This document shows, one piece after another, positions 10,208-22,353 of a DNA stretch of 64,000 bases (positions are counted from its first letter, which is position 1; each line of letters opens with the position of its first letter). Location: positions 4,067 to 68,066 of the forward strand of contig CAVYUE010000020.1 in assembly GCA_963771625.1 (NCBI GenBank), read 5' to 3'. Source of the stretch: an uncultured Acidobacteriaceae bacterium. GTDB taxonomy: Bacteria; Acidobacteriota; Terriglobia; Terriglobales; Acidobacteriaceae. Position numbers and translations under genes: made by a program. The notes under the pieces were generated by a model. That model was not told the DNA's origin, made no database searches, and saw only the letters and a program-made list of their open reading frames with translations.

Positions 10208-11861
10208 TCATGAGAATTTGTAGTCTGCGCTACTCATTATCGGCTGCTCTGACTGGCGGAGGTTGCCGCCGGTCATTTGGTTGGGTTGGTCTAGGTTGAG
10301 GAGCGACAGGATGGTGGGGGAGATGTCGCGGAGGCTGCCGCCTTCGCGGAGGGTGGGGTTGTTGCCTTCTTCGGTGATGTAGAGGAAGGGGACGGGGTTG
10401 GTGGTGTGGGCGGTGTGGGGGCCGCCGGTGGCGGGGTCGATGAGCATCTCGGCGTTGCCGTGGTCGGCGGTGACGAGGAGGGAGCCGCCGCGTTGTTTGA
10501 TGGCTTGGTAGATGCGGCCTAGCTGGGTGTCTACGGTTTCGACGGCGCGGATGGTGGGTTCCATCTTGCCGGAGTGGCCGACCATGTCGGCGTTGGCGAA
10601 GTTGACGATGATGACGTCGAAGGCGGTGTCGTTGACGGCCTTGATGACGGCGTCGGCGATGCCGGCGGCGGACATCTCGGGGGCGAGGTCGTAGGTGGCG
10701 ACTTTTTGCGAGGGGACGAGGGCGCGGTCTTCGCCGGGGAATGGCTTTTCGATGCCGCCGTTGAAGAAGTAGGTGACGTGGGCGTACTTTTCGGTCTCGG
10801 CGACGCGGAGGTTGCGGAGGTTGGCCTGGGCCATGAGGTTGGCGAGGAGGTTGTCCATCGACTCGGCGGGGATGACGATGGGGAGTTTGAAGTTTTTGTC
10901 GTACTGGGTCATGCAGACGTAGTGGATGTCTGCGGGGATGGTGCTGAGGGGGATCTCGGCGTCGAGTTCGGCGGCCTTGGGGAGTTGGTGGCCCTGGCTG
11001 CCGACGGGGTCGGCGGTGAGGCCGGAGGTGCGGGTGAGGACGCGGGTGATCTGGCGGACGCGGTCGGCGCGGTAGTTGAAGTTGATGACGACGTCGTGGT
11101 CGCGGATGAGGCCGATGGGGTGGCCTTCGTGGTCGATGCAGGTGAAGGGCGGGATGAACTCGTCGGTGATGCCGTTGTTGTAGAGCTCTTTGATGCGGGC
11201 GATGGGGTCGGCGTAGGTGCCGCCTTCGGGGTGACCGGTGACGAGGGCGTCGAAGGCTTGCTTTTCCTTCTCCCAGCGGAGGTCGCGGTCCATCGCGTAG
11301 TAGCGGCCGCTAGACGCTGGCGACTTGGCCGACGCCGATTTTCGCGGAGAGTTTGGAGGAGTTGTTCGAGGTAGCCGAGGCCGCTGGTGGGCATGGTGTC
11401 GCGGCCGTCCATGAAGGCGTGGATGAAGACGCGGGTGAGTTTGTGTTGCGCGGCCATCTTGATGAGGGCGTCGAGGTGGCGCTGGTGGGAGTGGACGCCG
11501 CCGTCGGAGAGGAGGCCGATGAGGTGGAGTGCTCTTCCCTTCTGACCGGCTAGCTCGTAGGCGCGGAGTGAGGGTGGGGTCGGTGTAGAGGGAGCCGTCG
11601 ATGATGGCGGTGTCGATGCGGGTCATGTCCATGCGGACGATGCGGCCGGCGCCGAGGTTGAGGTGGCCGACTTCGCTGTTGCCCATCTGGCCGTCGGGGA
11701 GGCCGACGAAGTGCTCGCTGGCGCGGAGGAGGGTGTTGGGGTAGTCGCGGAGGAGCGCTGTCGTAGGTGGGTTTGCGGGCCTGGGCGATGGCGTTGCCGT
11801 GGGTCTCGGGGCGATATCCCCAGCCGTCTAAGATGGTGAGGACTATTGGCGCTTTGGGCAT
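10208..11861 (-). CDS. gpmI: 2,3-bisphosphoglycerate-independent phosphoglycerate mutase; several frameshifts between about 11300 and 11760
   Basis: [61 protein letters not shown]. Confidence 0.95.
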
Positions 11862-12050
11862 GATGGCTTCGTGTCTCGCTTCGTTTTGCTGGTGAGGATG
11901 CTCGGTTTTCGTGCTCGCATGTCAGGATAACAACAATGAGTGAGGTCTGTTGAGGCGCTGCTGCTGGAGCAGGCGACTGGTAATTGGCTGAGCCGTTGAG
12001 AATCAAAAGGGTTACAATCTCCGGATCAGTCCATAGACAGGAGCACGCCC

Positions 12051-12836
12051 ATGAGTTCTTCTCAGACCGGTTCGGCTGCGCCTGGCCGAACTCCAAAGCC
12101 TTTGGATCTTAAGGCGCATCAGAATCTCGATCTGCATGCGCAGTACTTTTCTTCGCGCACGGGCGGCGACTTCTTCGATGCAGTCAATCTCGGCTCGCAT
12201 ATTATCGTTCTGCTGACCGATATCGCGGGCACCAAAGAACAAGCACAACCGATCGCGGCGGCAGTTCAGGAGGCCTTTCGTAGAGCTGGGGCTGAGTTCT
12301 TCCGTGTGAACGATACGAACCTGATGGATGGCACGGCCCAGTTGGTGCAGGAGGTCAATCATGCACTGATACGAGCGGCTCACGGGGTACGGTTCTCGCC
12401 TACTTTTATTGGCTGTTACGATCTGGCGCTTGGGCTGTTTGCGTATCTCAACGCGGGTGGTATTACGGCGGTGTTTCGCGACTCGGAGGGCACGCGTATC
12501 CTGCCGAACGTTGCGATGCCGATGGGACTGTTCACACATGTGACGTACGAGCCTTCGATGCAGGCGTTTGAACCGGGGGCAAAGCTGCTGCTCGTCACCA
12601 AGGGCATCGTCGAGACGCAGCGAGGTAAAACGCACTTTGGAGCGGAGAGGGTGGTGGATGTTCTTCAGAGCGCCGCCCAGACTGATTCTGCGATTGAGGT
12701 TTCCCGGGCGATGTTGCAGGCCGCGCACGATTTCAAGAAGATCTCATGGCCTGGCCTGCACAAGCTGAAGTTCTGGCAAGAGGATGTGGAGGAAGACCTG
12801 ACGGCGGTGACGATGGTGCGGCCGGCTAAGGGTTGA
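12051..12836 (+). CDS. Stand-alone SpoIIE/PP2C-type phosphatase domain protein with a degenerate active site
   Basis: GGDFFD, YLNAG, PMG, PGAKLLLVTKGIVE, FGAERV and EDLTAV align with PP2C motifs. Confidence 0.8.
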   Translation: MSSSQTGSAAPGRTPKPLDLKAHQNLDLHAQYFSSRTGGDFFDAVNLGSHIIVLLTDIAGTKEQAQPIAAAVQEAFRRAGAEFFRVNDTNLMDGTAQLVQEVNHALIRAAHGVRFSPTFIGCYDLALGLFAYLNAGGITAVFRDSEGTRILPNVAMPMGLFTHVTYEPSMQAFEPGAKLLLVTKGIVETQRGKTHFGAERVVDVLQSAAQTDSAIEVSRAMLQAAHDFKKISWPGLHKLKFWQEDVEEDLTAVTMVRPAKG

Positions 12837-13059
12837 TTTCTGCGCGTGGGGCTAGTGGGCCCAGGGCAGGGTCGATGGTGATCTCTTCTACGGTTTCGGA
12901 CCGAGGGGGTGGCGCTTTGCTGGAGTGCGCTGCGTCGCGCGGCAGGTTGAGACTGGCGATCTGGCGGTGTATGTCCTGCCGGACGAGCCGCCTGCGCGGC
13001 GGGCGGTCACTTCGTGACCTTTATACCTTTTGTTGTCTGGTTATAGGCGTGTGCTCGCT

Positions 13060-14565
13060 TCATCTGGGGTCGGAGGGTTGGCTGGGGACTCCGTCTGCGT
13101 TGTAGGCAGTGACGCGGTAGTGAACGCCGGCGAGAGAGCCGTGGGGGTCGGCCCAGGGATCGTCGGAGTCGGTGGCGCAGCGGTCGCAGATGGTCTTCCA
13201 ATCCTTTGAGCTGGGGTCGTTGCGCTCGATGGAATAGTTGACGGCACCAGCCGAGCCTCGCCACGCTATCAGACCAACGATGACGGTGGATGTGATGACG
13301 GGGCGTGGTGGGATTGCGTGCTTCGGCACAGGAGTGCCTGACATGGCGTAGGCGTGGGTACGGAGTTGCTGGGCGCGGGCTGCCATGTCATCGGCAGTGT
13401 TGACGAGGGTTTTGATGCCGGGATAGTAGAGCGCCCACCATTGGCCGCACTCGCCGTGTTCGGCGAAGACGGGATTGTTGCTGTCGGCGGGGATGGGTTG
13501 GAAGCCGAAGTTGTCGAGGTGCGCCTGGAGGGCCCAGAAGCCGTCGCCGGAGATGTTGGGGTCGGAGGCGAGGGTGTTTAGGACCTGCTCGAAGTCCTGG
13601 GTGGTCTTCCAGTCAGTGCGGTCCCAGCCGAATTCGTTAACGATGAAGGCTTTGCCGTGGCTGGTGACGGTGGCGGCATCATGGGTGAAGGTTGCGGCGG
13701 TGGTTGGGGGCTGGCCGGGGCCGAGGAGGGAGTCCCAGTGGGGGTAGAACTCGAAGGTGACGAGGTCCGTGCTCTTGTTGTCGAGTACGAGCGGGTAGAA
13801 GCGGAAGATGCCGGTGGTGTCGAGGTAGAGGTGACGGGAGTCGAGCTGTTTGATGTGCGCGCCGATGGTCTCTGACCATGTGGAGACTTGCGCGAGGGCG
13901 GACGCACCGCCGCCGGAAAGCATGGAGATGAGGCCGCACATGTTGCAGTTCTCCCACGCCATGATGGTGGGGTCGTCTTTGTAGCGGATACCAGTGATGG
14001 TGTTGACGTGGTTGAGGACGGCGTCGATGTGTTTTTCGTAGGCGGCGATGAGGGCGGGGTCGGTGAAGAAGTCTTGTGGGTTTGGTTTTCTGTGCCAGGC
14101 GAGGAATTGGCCGATGCCACCGCCGGTGCAGGTGGCGCAGTCGCCGATGAGTGGGATGATGATTTTCATGCCGTGCTTTTGTGCGGCGGCGAGGGCGTAG
14201 TCGCTTGCCTGGAAGGCGGCTTCGTTGAACTTGCCCTCTTCGGGCTCGATGCAGAGTGGGCAGCCGACGGTGTCGCCCATGGTTTGGGCGCGGACGACCT
14301 TTGCGCCCATCTCAGATGCGGTGGCGAAGGCGTCGTCGATCTCGAAGTGGCTAGGGTAGCGGGGGCCCATGGGGTCGTGGGGGCCGTAGCCTTCGAGGCC
14401 GAGCCATTCGATGTTGGGGCCACTATAGCGGAAGGGGGTGGTGCCTAGGGTGAGCTTGGTTCCGGCGCGTTGGACGAATGCATCGGTTTGGGCTGGGAGG
14501 TAAGTGGCTAGAAGAAAGACTGCGAAGATAGCGACGATGATGTTGCGCCTGCAGGGCCTTGGCAT
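13060..14565 (-). CDS. Secreted glycoside hydrolase, clan GH-A (GH5-like beta-mannanase), with C-terminal beta domain
   Basis: Signal peptide; FVQRAGTKL, FFTDP, NTITGIRYKDDPTIMAWE, FIVNEFGW nucleophile motif; the usual NE acid/base reads NM (WENCNM). Confidence 0.75.
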   Translation of the reverse strand: MPRPCRRNIIVAIFAVFLLATYLPAQTDAFVQRAGTKLTLGTTPFRYSGPNIEWLGLEGYGPHDPMGPRYPSHFEIDDAFATASEMGAKVVRAQTMGDTVGCPLCIEPEEGKFNEAAFQASDYALAAAQKHGMKIIIPLIGDCATCTGGGIGQFLAWHRKPNPQDFFTDPALIAAYEKHIDAVLNHVNTITGIRYKDDPTIMAWENCNMCGLISMLSGGGASALAQVSTWSETIGAHIKQLDSRHLYLDTTGIFRFYPLVLDNKSTDLVTFEFYPHWDSLLGPGQPPTTAATFTHDAATVTSHGKAFIVNEFGWDRTDWKTTQDFEQVLNTLASDPNISGDGFWALQAHLDNFGFQPIPADSNNPVFAEHGECGQWWALYYPGIKTLVNTADDMAARAQQLRTHAYAMSGTPVPKHAIPPRPVITSTVIVGLIAWRGSAGAVNYSIERNDPSSKDWKTICDRCATDSDDPWADPHGSLAGVHYRVTAYNADGVPSQPSDPR

Positions 14566-14772
14566 GCGTTCTCCGTACCGCGAAGCTTGAGTTTTCTATC
14601 GATGGCAATTATGAATGGCTATTCAATGGTTTGCAAATTTGCAGGGGCAGTGAGCTTGTGTTTTCAGCTGGAGCTGGAGCTCTCTCGCTTACGCGGATTT
14701 ACTTTGAGATGACTCCGATCAAACGTCGTACGCTAAGACTTACGTGACTAAATTGGACGCGAGGGTTAAACG

Positions 14773-15126
14773 ATGAATGAACAGCTTCCAGAGGTCATCA
14801 CGCTGACGGCCGAGTCTTCGTCGCATGTCGGGTACGACAATCATCCCATCGCTAAGGTCAACGACCATGTCGTTCGGATTGCCACGATGACAGAACCATA
14901 CCGATGGCATTTTCATCCGAACTCTGATGAGACATTTCTGATGGTTGAAGGACGGCTTGCCATCGACTTTGAGAGCGGATCGGTCGAGCTTGCTCCGGGA
15001 CAATTGCTTACGATTCCGCGCGGTGTCCGTCATCGTACGCGGCCGGTTGGAGCGCGATCAGTGAATCTTACTTTTGAATTGGCGCAGTCAGAGACGGTCG
15101 CGGTCTTACCGGATGATCCTTATTGA
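14773..15126 (+). CDS. Cupin domain protein
   Basis: WHFHPNSDETFLMVEG and PRGVRHR cupin motifs. Confidence 0.88.
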   Translation: MNEQLPEVITLTAESSSHVGYDNHPIAKVNDHVVRIATMTEPYRWHFHPNSDETFLMVEGRLAIDFESGSVELAPGQLLTIPRGVRHRTRPVGARSVNLTFELAQSETVAVLPDDPY

Positions 15127-15439
15127 TTGCTCTTCGACTGGAGGACAATTGACTGACCCCACTCTGCGCTTAGGTCCTGCCAAGTTGGGTTAGTCGCGAT
15201 TATGAGCCGAAGTTCTTTCTGCGAGACCAGTTTTAAATTGCTTCTCTCGTGCGATGGCTTCGTTGATCCTTGCGAAGTGTTCTAGGTAGACGAGCTTCAG
15301 GCTTATAGCGGGAGGTGAAGCTGTCTGGATGCGCTCCGCTTTTGTGTTGGCTTACGCGGATTTCGATTTGGGTGGTGATGCCGATGTAGAGCCGCTGGAA
15401 GCTGCTGGCCATGATGTAGACGTAGGCTTGTTCGAACAT
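15120..15439 (-). CDS. GIY-YIG nuclease family protein; about 3 indels (pseudogene or sequencing error)
   Basis: YVYIMAS..LYIGITT..RVSQHK..FTSRY, then in other frames KLVYLE, AIAREKQ and LIIATNPTWQDLS. Confidence 0.85.
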
Positions 15440-15467
15440 GAGAGTGTGTTGGTGCTATAGGCAAAAT

Positions 15468-15526
15468 GCGGGTCCCTCCGCTGCGCCGCTCACGATGAGA
15501 CTGTGAGCGGCTTCGGTCGGGATGAC
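15468..15526. repeat. Long REP-like element of the GCAGATCC..GGATGAC family with an internal hairpin
   Basis: GCGGGTCCCTCCG..CGGTCGGGATGAC ends resemble the 1292, 1405 and 22309 copies; inner hairpin GCCGCTCAC/GTGAGCGGC. Confidence 0.75.
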
Positions 15527-15597
15527 GCAGCTTTAGGGATAACGAGAACGACAACTTCAAACACGAGAAAGACACTTCGAGACAGCTCTAAGAACAG

Positions 15598-17106
<1,509 letters not shown>

Positions 17107-17250
17107 CTATGGGAGGCGTTGAAGGACTTATTAGCAGGATCGATTCCCTGCTGACGAATTTGCTCCACAGACAGGATAGGAGTTCTAACCTTTGGAGTGA
17201 TAGGAGTGCTGGTTGATTCAGCGCTCGAATCCGTCAACGAGGATCTCACC

Positions 17251-18177
17251 ATGAAGCTACATCTTACGACCGCTGCATTCGTTCTTGCTGCTGTTCCCGC
17301 ATTCTCCCAGAGCGCCAACGTGGGAGTGTCTCATCCTGACCCTGCGGTGATTTCGAGTACGGACGATGCTGCTCCGGTGACTCCGCGGCCGCTGACGGAG
17401 AAGCCAAGCGCTACGGTATCGACGCCCGCGTCGACGGATACGGTGTATGGGCCGTATGTTCCTTACAAAGGGGCGACGACGGCTGCGGCTGGTTCGAGTT
17501 TCGTCAGCAGTGCACCACCGGAGAATCCTTTAGACGCGATGATCGTTACCAGCGTGCCGGAGGGTCACGGTGAGCTGCGTGAAGGAACGCTGCTGCGGAC
17601 GAAGATGCTGGATACGCTATCTACCAGCTCGACGGTGGTTGGGAGCAAATTTACAGCCGAGGTGACGGAGGCGGTCGAGCGAGATGGCCGCGTGATCATC
17701 CCGATCGGTTCGATTCTCGATGGCCAAGTGACGGAGGTACACGGCGGAAAGCGGATCTCGGGTACGGCACTGCTGCACCTGGAGACGCGGAATGTAACTC
17801 TGCCGGATGGGACGCACTATATTGTGCATGCGCAGTTGATCGATACCGGGAAGAGCGAGTTCAACGTGGATAACGAAGGTACGTTGAAGCGCAAGAACCA
17901 TACGAAGGAGACGCTGGCTGTGGTTGGAGGCGTGACCGGAGCGGGCGCTGTGTCAGGAGCGATGATTGGCGGTGGAGTTGGTGCGCTGGTCGGTGCCGGG
18001 ATTGGCGCGGGCGTGAGCACGGTGATCTGGCTGAAGCAGGATCGTCAGGCGACGCTGCCGACGGATGCGAGGTTGGTGTTTAGCTTGACGACGCCGATGA
18101 TTCTGACTCCGCTGAGTGGCGGTTCGGTAAGCAGCTTGAATACGAGTACGGTTGGTGGTCTGGGTGCGTCTCAGTAG
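17251..18177 (+). CDS. Secreted protein with TrbI/VirB10-like beta domain and glycine zipper
   Basis: Signal peptide; LSTSSTVVGSKFTAEV..IPIGSILDGQV; GAMIGGGVGALVGAGIGAG zipper. Confidence 0.65.
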   Translation: MKLHLTTAAFVLAAVPAFSQSANVGVSHPDPAVISSTDDAAPVTPRPLTEKPSATVSTPASTDTVYGPYVPYKGATTAAAGSSFVSSAPPENPLDAMIVTSVPEGHGELREGTLLRTKMLDTLSTSSTVVGSKFTAEVTEAVERDGRVIIPIGSILDGQVTEVHGGKRISGTALLHLETRNVTLPDGTHYIVHAQLIDTGKSEFNVDNEGTLKRKNHTKETLAVVGGVTGAGAVSGAMIGGGVGALVGAGIGAGVSTVIWLKQDRQATLPTDARLVFSLTTPMILTPLSGGSVSSLNTSTVGGLGASQ

Positions 18178-18198
18178 TGATTGATTTCGTTTTCGTGC

Positions 18199-18224
18199 AG
18201 GCCGGGATCTTCTCCCGGCCTTTT
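18199..18224 (+). terminator. Rho-independent terminator
   Basis: AGGCCGGGA-TCTTC-TCCCGGCCT followed by TTT. Confidence 0.75.
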
Positions 18225-18235
18225 CCTTTAAGCGC

Positions 18236-18294
18236 AACGGCGTGCTGCGCGCACGGCGCGATCTGCCATCGAGGCTGACGCGCCTTCGGCACCA
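18236..18294 (+). repeat. 59-bp dispersed intergenic repeat, copy 2
   Basis: 57/59 identical to 5389-5447, same orientation. Confidence 0.9.
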
Positions 18295-18302
18295 GGACGC
18301 TG

Positions 18303-20790
18303 CTAGTTGCGGACTTGGGCTAGGAGGCGCTTCCAGTTTTTCTGGTTGCGGCGGTAGCTTTTTTTCAGGTCTTCGAGGATGCGCTCGAAGTCGCCGTGGC
18401 CGCTGAGTTTGCGCCATGCGGGATTTTTGCTGAACCACGGGTAGTTTTCGTTGCCGAGATAGATGGCGCGGCGAAGCCAGTGGAGGGCTTCGGACTCGTC
18501 GCCTTCAAGGGCGAAGTAGGTGGCGAGGCGGTAGGCCATCTCGCTGTCGGCTTCGGCGGCGGAGAGGGTCTCGTCGACGATGAAGCTGGCGGCTTTTTGG
18601 CGGTCGCCGAGCTGGACGTAGCAGAGGGCGATGGTTGGGAAGACGATGCGGAGGGAGGAGTCGTCGCGGATGACGTTTTCGAGGGTTTCGATGGCCTTTG
18701 GAAGGTCGCCGGTACGCATCTGCTGGTAGCCGAGGGAGATGCGGAGGAGAGGCTGGCGAGGCTCGAGGGTGAGGCCTTTTTCGATCTCGTCGGCGGCGAG
18801 TTCCATCTGGTTTTGGTACTGGTAGACGCGGGCGCGATGGTTGTAGATCATGGCCGCGTTCGAGGGGTTCATGCGGAGCGAGGCGTTGAACTGATCGAGG
18901 GCTTCGTCGTACATGCCGTCGATGCGGAGAGTCTGGCCGGCGACGAGGTGAACGTTCCAGTCGTTGCCGGCGGTCTGGAGGAGGTTTTCGATGCCGTGGC
19001 GGGCAGACTCTTTTTCGCCGCGGGAGAGGAGCATGTAGACGCGGTAGAGGTTGGCTTCGACGGAGCCGGGATCGAGGGCGAGGGCTTTGTCGAAGGCGCG
19101 GCGGGCTTCGAGGACGTGCATCTGGCCGCCGAGGCCGTGGCGGGCGTACTGGAGGTGGGTGATGCCGAGGCCGGACCAACTGGGGGCGTACTTCTCGTTC
19201 TGTTTGACGACGTTGGTGAAGAGCTCGCGGGCGCGGTCGAGGTCTTCGCGGCTGCCGGTGCGGGTCATGAAGGAGGAGAGGACGGCGCGGGCCTGGAGGT
19301 ATTCCTCGGAGACGTCTTCGGAGAGTGAGGCGGCTGCGGTTGGTTTCGTGCGGGGCGAGATCGCCGAAGCCTTGCAGGGTGCTGAAGACTTCGTTGCAGA
19401 TCTCGGATTGAACGGAGACGAGGTCGAAGGAGGCGACGTTGATGGAGCCGCCGGCGCGGACGCTTTGGCCGGGGACGTCGAGGAGTTGCCAGTTGAGGTC
19501 GAAGCCTTGATCGGAGCGGAGGAAGTTGCCGGCGAGGACGAAGTTGACCAGAAGCTTTTTGCCGATGCTGAGCGGGTCGAGCTGGTGGGTGGGGATGTTC
19601 ATGAGGGAGCTGGATGGGCGGACGACCAGGGTGGTCATGCGGGTGAGGCGGGTGGCGATGGCGTCGGCGAGGGCGTAGCCGTAGAGGGGTGCGACGTCGG
19701 CGGGGCCGAAGTTGACGAAGGGCAGGACGACGATGCTGTTCTGGTTGCTGACGGAGGCGGTGCCTGACTCGCGGAAGCGCTCGGCGAGCATGGAGAGGAT
19801 GCCGGTGGTGCGCTTTTCTTCTTCGGGTGCGTCGAGTGCGAGACGACCCTGTGAGGGACGGAGTGAGATGTTGTCGCCGGGGAGCAGGACGGAGTCGAGC
19901 TGCATGGCCATCATGATGGTCTTGAGGGCCTCGCGGACCTCGGCTGCGGAGCCGAAGCGGGCGGAGGGCTGCTTTTCGAGGCAGCGGAGGATGACGGACT
20001 CGAGTTCGATGGGGAGGTCGGGGACGATCTCGCGGATGGAGGGTGGGTCGGCGAACTGGATGGCGCGGATGGATTGGAACTCGGGGGCGTCGGGGCGATG
20101 GAAGGGGTGGCGGCCGGTGGCGAGCTCGTAGAGGATGAGGCCGAGGGCGAAGATGTCGGACTGGACGCTGGACTGGCCGGTGACGAACTGCTCGGGCGCC
20201 ATGTAGGCGATGGTGCCGCCGCGGGCGGTGTAGGTTGCGCCGGGGGCGGCGGGTGTGCGCTTGTTGGTGGGGCCTGCGGGGTCGAACTCGGTCTGGTCGG
20301 GACGGAGGCGGCGGGCGAGGCCGAAGTCGAGGATCTTGATGAGGCCGCCGTCGGTGAGCATGACGTTGGCGGGCTTGAGGTCGCGGTGGAAGATGCCGAG
20401 GTTGTGGGCGGCGGAGAGGCCGTCGGAGGTCTGGATGCCGGCGGAGAGGACGAGCTGGAGGCTGGCGGGGCCTTCGGCGATGAGCTTGTCGAGGCTCTTG
20501 CCGGGGATGTACTGCATGACGATGTAGGCTTCTTCGCCGTTGCCGTTCTCTTCGGGGGCTTCGCCGACGTCGTAGATGGCGCAGACGTTGGGGTGGTCGA
20601 TGGCGGAGGCGAGGCGGGCTTCGCGGAGCTGGGTGGCGCGCATCTGCTCGATGGTGAGGTTGCCGCGCTTGAGGAGTTTGAGTACGACGGGGCGTTGGAG
20701 GAGGGTGTCGTTGGCGAGGAATACGACGCCGCTGCCGCCTGCGCCGATCTTGCGGACGAACTCGTACTGCTTGATTTCGCGGCGCTTCAT
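18303..20790 (-). CDS. Hanks-type Ser/Thr protein kinase with TolB-like N-terminal domain and TPRs; frameshift near 19330
   Basis: IGAGGSGVV, HRDLKPAN, DFG, YMAPEQ; SIVVLPF module; C-terminal TPRs in a second frame. Confidence 0.9.
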
Positions 20791-20994
20791 GAGTCCATTA
20801 TCGCAAGTGCCGGGGTGTGGATGGTTTAGGCAACATTATTTGCGGGTCTTTCATGCAAAGACGGGAGAGATTCGGAGGGCAGCGGGTCGGTCGCGTTGTC
20901 GAAACAAAGACGGCCTTTTTCTCGTCTGCTGCCGAATGTGACGATGCGATTTAGACCTGGACCCTTCGGGAGGGCCCAGATCGTTGCTTGTCAT

Positions 20995-21816
20995 TTAGGA
21001 CTTGAGGAAGGCCAGCAGGTCGGCGTTGACCTTGTCGGCAAGCGTTGTACACATGCCGTGTGGGGCTCCCTCGTAGACTTTGAGGGTGGCGTTCTTGACG
21101 ATCTTTGCGGAGCGGAGGCCGGCGGCGACGATGGGAACGATCTGGTCGGCGTCGCCGTGAAGGATCAAGGTGGGAACGTCGATCTTTTTCAGGTCTTCGG
21201 TGAAGTCGGTCTCGGAGAACTGCTTGATGCAGTCGTAGGAGCCTTTGATCGAGACAAGCATTCCTTCGCGCCAGAACTCATCGCGGACGCCCTGAGAGAT
21301 CTTGACGCCGGGCTTGTTGTAACCGTAGAAGGGCATGCTGAGATCTTCGAAGAACTGGGAGCGGTCGGCGAGAACGCCGGCTCGAATCTCATCAAAGGCA
21401 GAGATTGGTAGCCCGTCGGGATTTGCTTCCGTCTTCAACATCAGCGGGGGAACGGCGCTGATCAGGACCGCTTTGGCCACGCGACTGGTGCCGTGGCGAC
21501 CGATGTAGCGGGCCACTTCGCCGCCGCCGGTGGAGTGGCCGACGTGGGTTGCACCTTTGAGGTCGAGCGCCTGGACGAGTTCGGCGAGGTCGTCGGCGTA
21601 GGTGTCCATGTCGTTGCCGTTCCAGGGCTGACCGGAGCGGCCGTGGCCGCGGCGATCGTGCGCGATAACACGGTAGCCTTTGTTGGCAAGAAACATCATC
21701 TGGAGATCCCATGCATCGGCGTCCAATGGCCAGCCGTGCGAGAAGACGACAGGGCTTCCGGTGCCCCAATCCTTGTAATAAATCTCAGTGCCGTCTTTGG
21801 TGGTAATTGTGCTCAT
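20995..21816 (-). CDS. Non-heme chloroperoxidase-type alpha/beta hydrolase
   Basis: [43 protein letters not shown]. Confidence 0.92.
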   Translation of the reverse strand: MSTITTKDGTEIYYKDWGTGSPVVFSHGWPLDADAWDLQMMFLANKGYRVIAHDRRGHGRSGQPWNGNDMDTYADDLAELVQALDLKGATHVGHSTGGGEVARYIGRHGTSRVAKAVLISAVPPLMLKTEANPDGLPISAFDEIRAGVLADRSQFFEDLSMPFYGYNKPGVKISQGVRDEFWREGMLVSIKGSYDCIKQFSETDFTEDLKKIDVPTLILHGDADQIVPIVAAGLRSAKIVKNATLKVYEGAPHGMCTTLADKVNADLLAFLKS

Positions 21817-22020
21817 GGTGTTGTGTTCTCCTTAGTTGTTTTCTTCGCGAGTTGTTCTGCGCGATTTGACTCCACGAAGAGGAAACCGGATGTGTTTTTT
21901 TAAAAGACGTCCCATCTGCGGTTGTGCCCCCGCACCAACCACTATGGATACCGCCGATGAATGATGAATGACCCGAGTTCGGATTATCGGGTAAAAAACA
22001 GAGTTCAGAAGGCTGTGTGA

Positions 22021-22275
22021 TTAGTGCTTGGGAGGGTTTGCCTGTTCCCATGGCCGGGGGTTGACCGGGTCATCCTGCCATTTCTGGCGGCGGCCTACGA
22101 GGTACATGACGAGGCCGAAGAAGAACATGAGGAGTCCCCAGGTGAGGTTGAGATTGATGCCCATGGATTTTTCGTAGATGGCCGCGCTGCCGCGAGTGAT
22201 GAAGCCGTAGATGCTCATGAGGCCGCCGATGAAGAGGAAGATCAGGCCGAGGGGGATGCGGATGTCGAGTCCCAT
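22021..22275 (-). CDS. Small two-TM membrane protein downstream of the symporter
   Basis: MGLDIRIPLG..GINLNLTWG; GGAG RBS. Confidence 0.8.
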   Translation of the reverse strand: MGLDIRIPLGLIFLFIGGLMSIYGFITRGSAAIYEKSMGINLNLTWGLLMFFFGLVMYLVGRRQKWQDDPVNPRPWEQANPPKH

Positions 22276-22308
22276 TTTGGGTGCTCCTTCGATTCAACAA
22301 GTACAAAA

Positions 22309-22333
22309 GCAGATCCCCTGCGGGGATGACAAC
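22309..22333. repeat. REP-like palindrome
   Basis: GCAGATCCCCTGCGGGGATGACAAC, one mismatch from the 1405-1429 copy. Confidence 0.85.
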
Positions 22334-22353
22334 AAAAGAAGCAAGAGCTAAAG

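Noticed and set aside
12830-13010. Small minus-strand ORF after the glycanase gene
   Set aside because: It needs a frameshift to be continuous and has no recognisable motif
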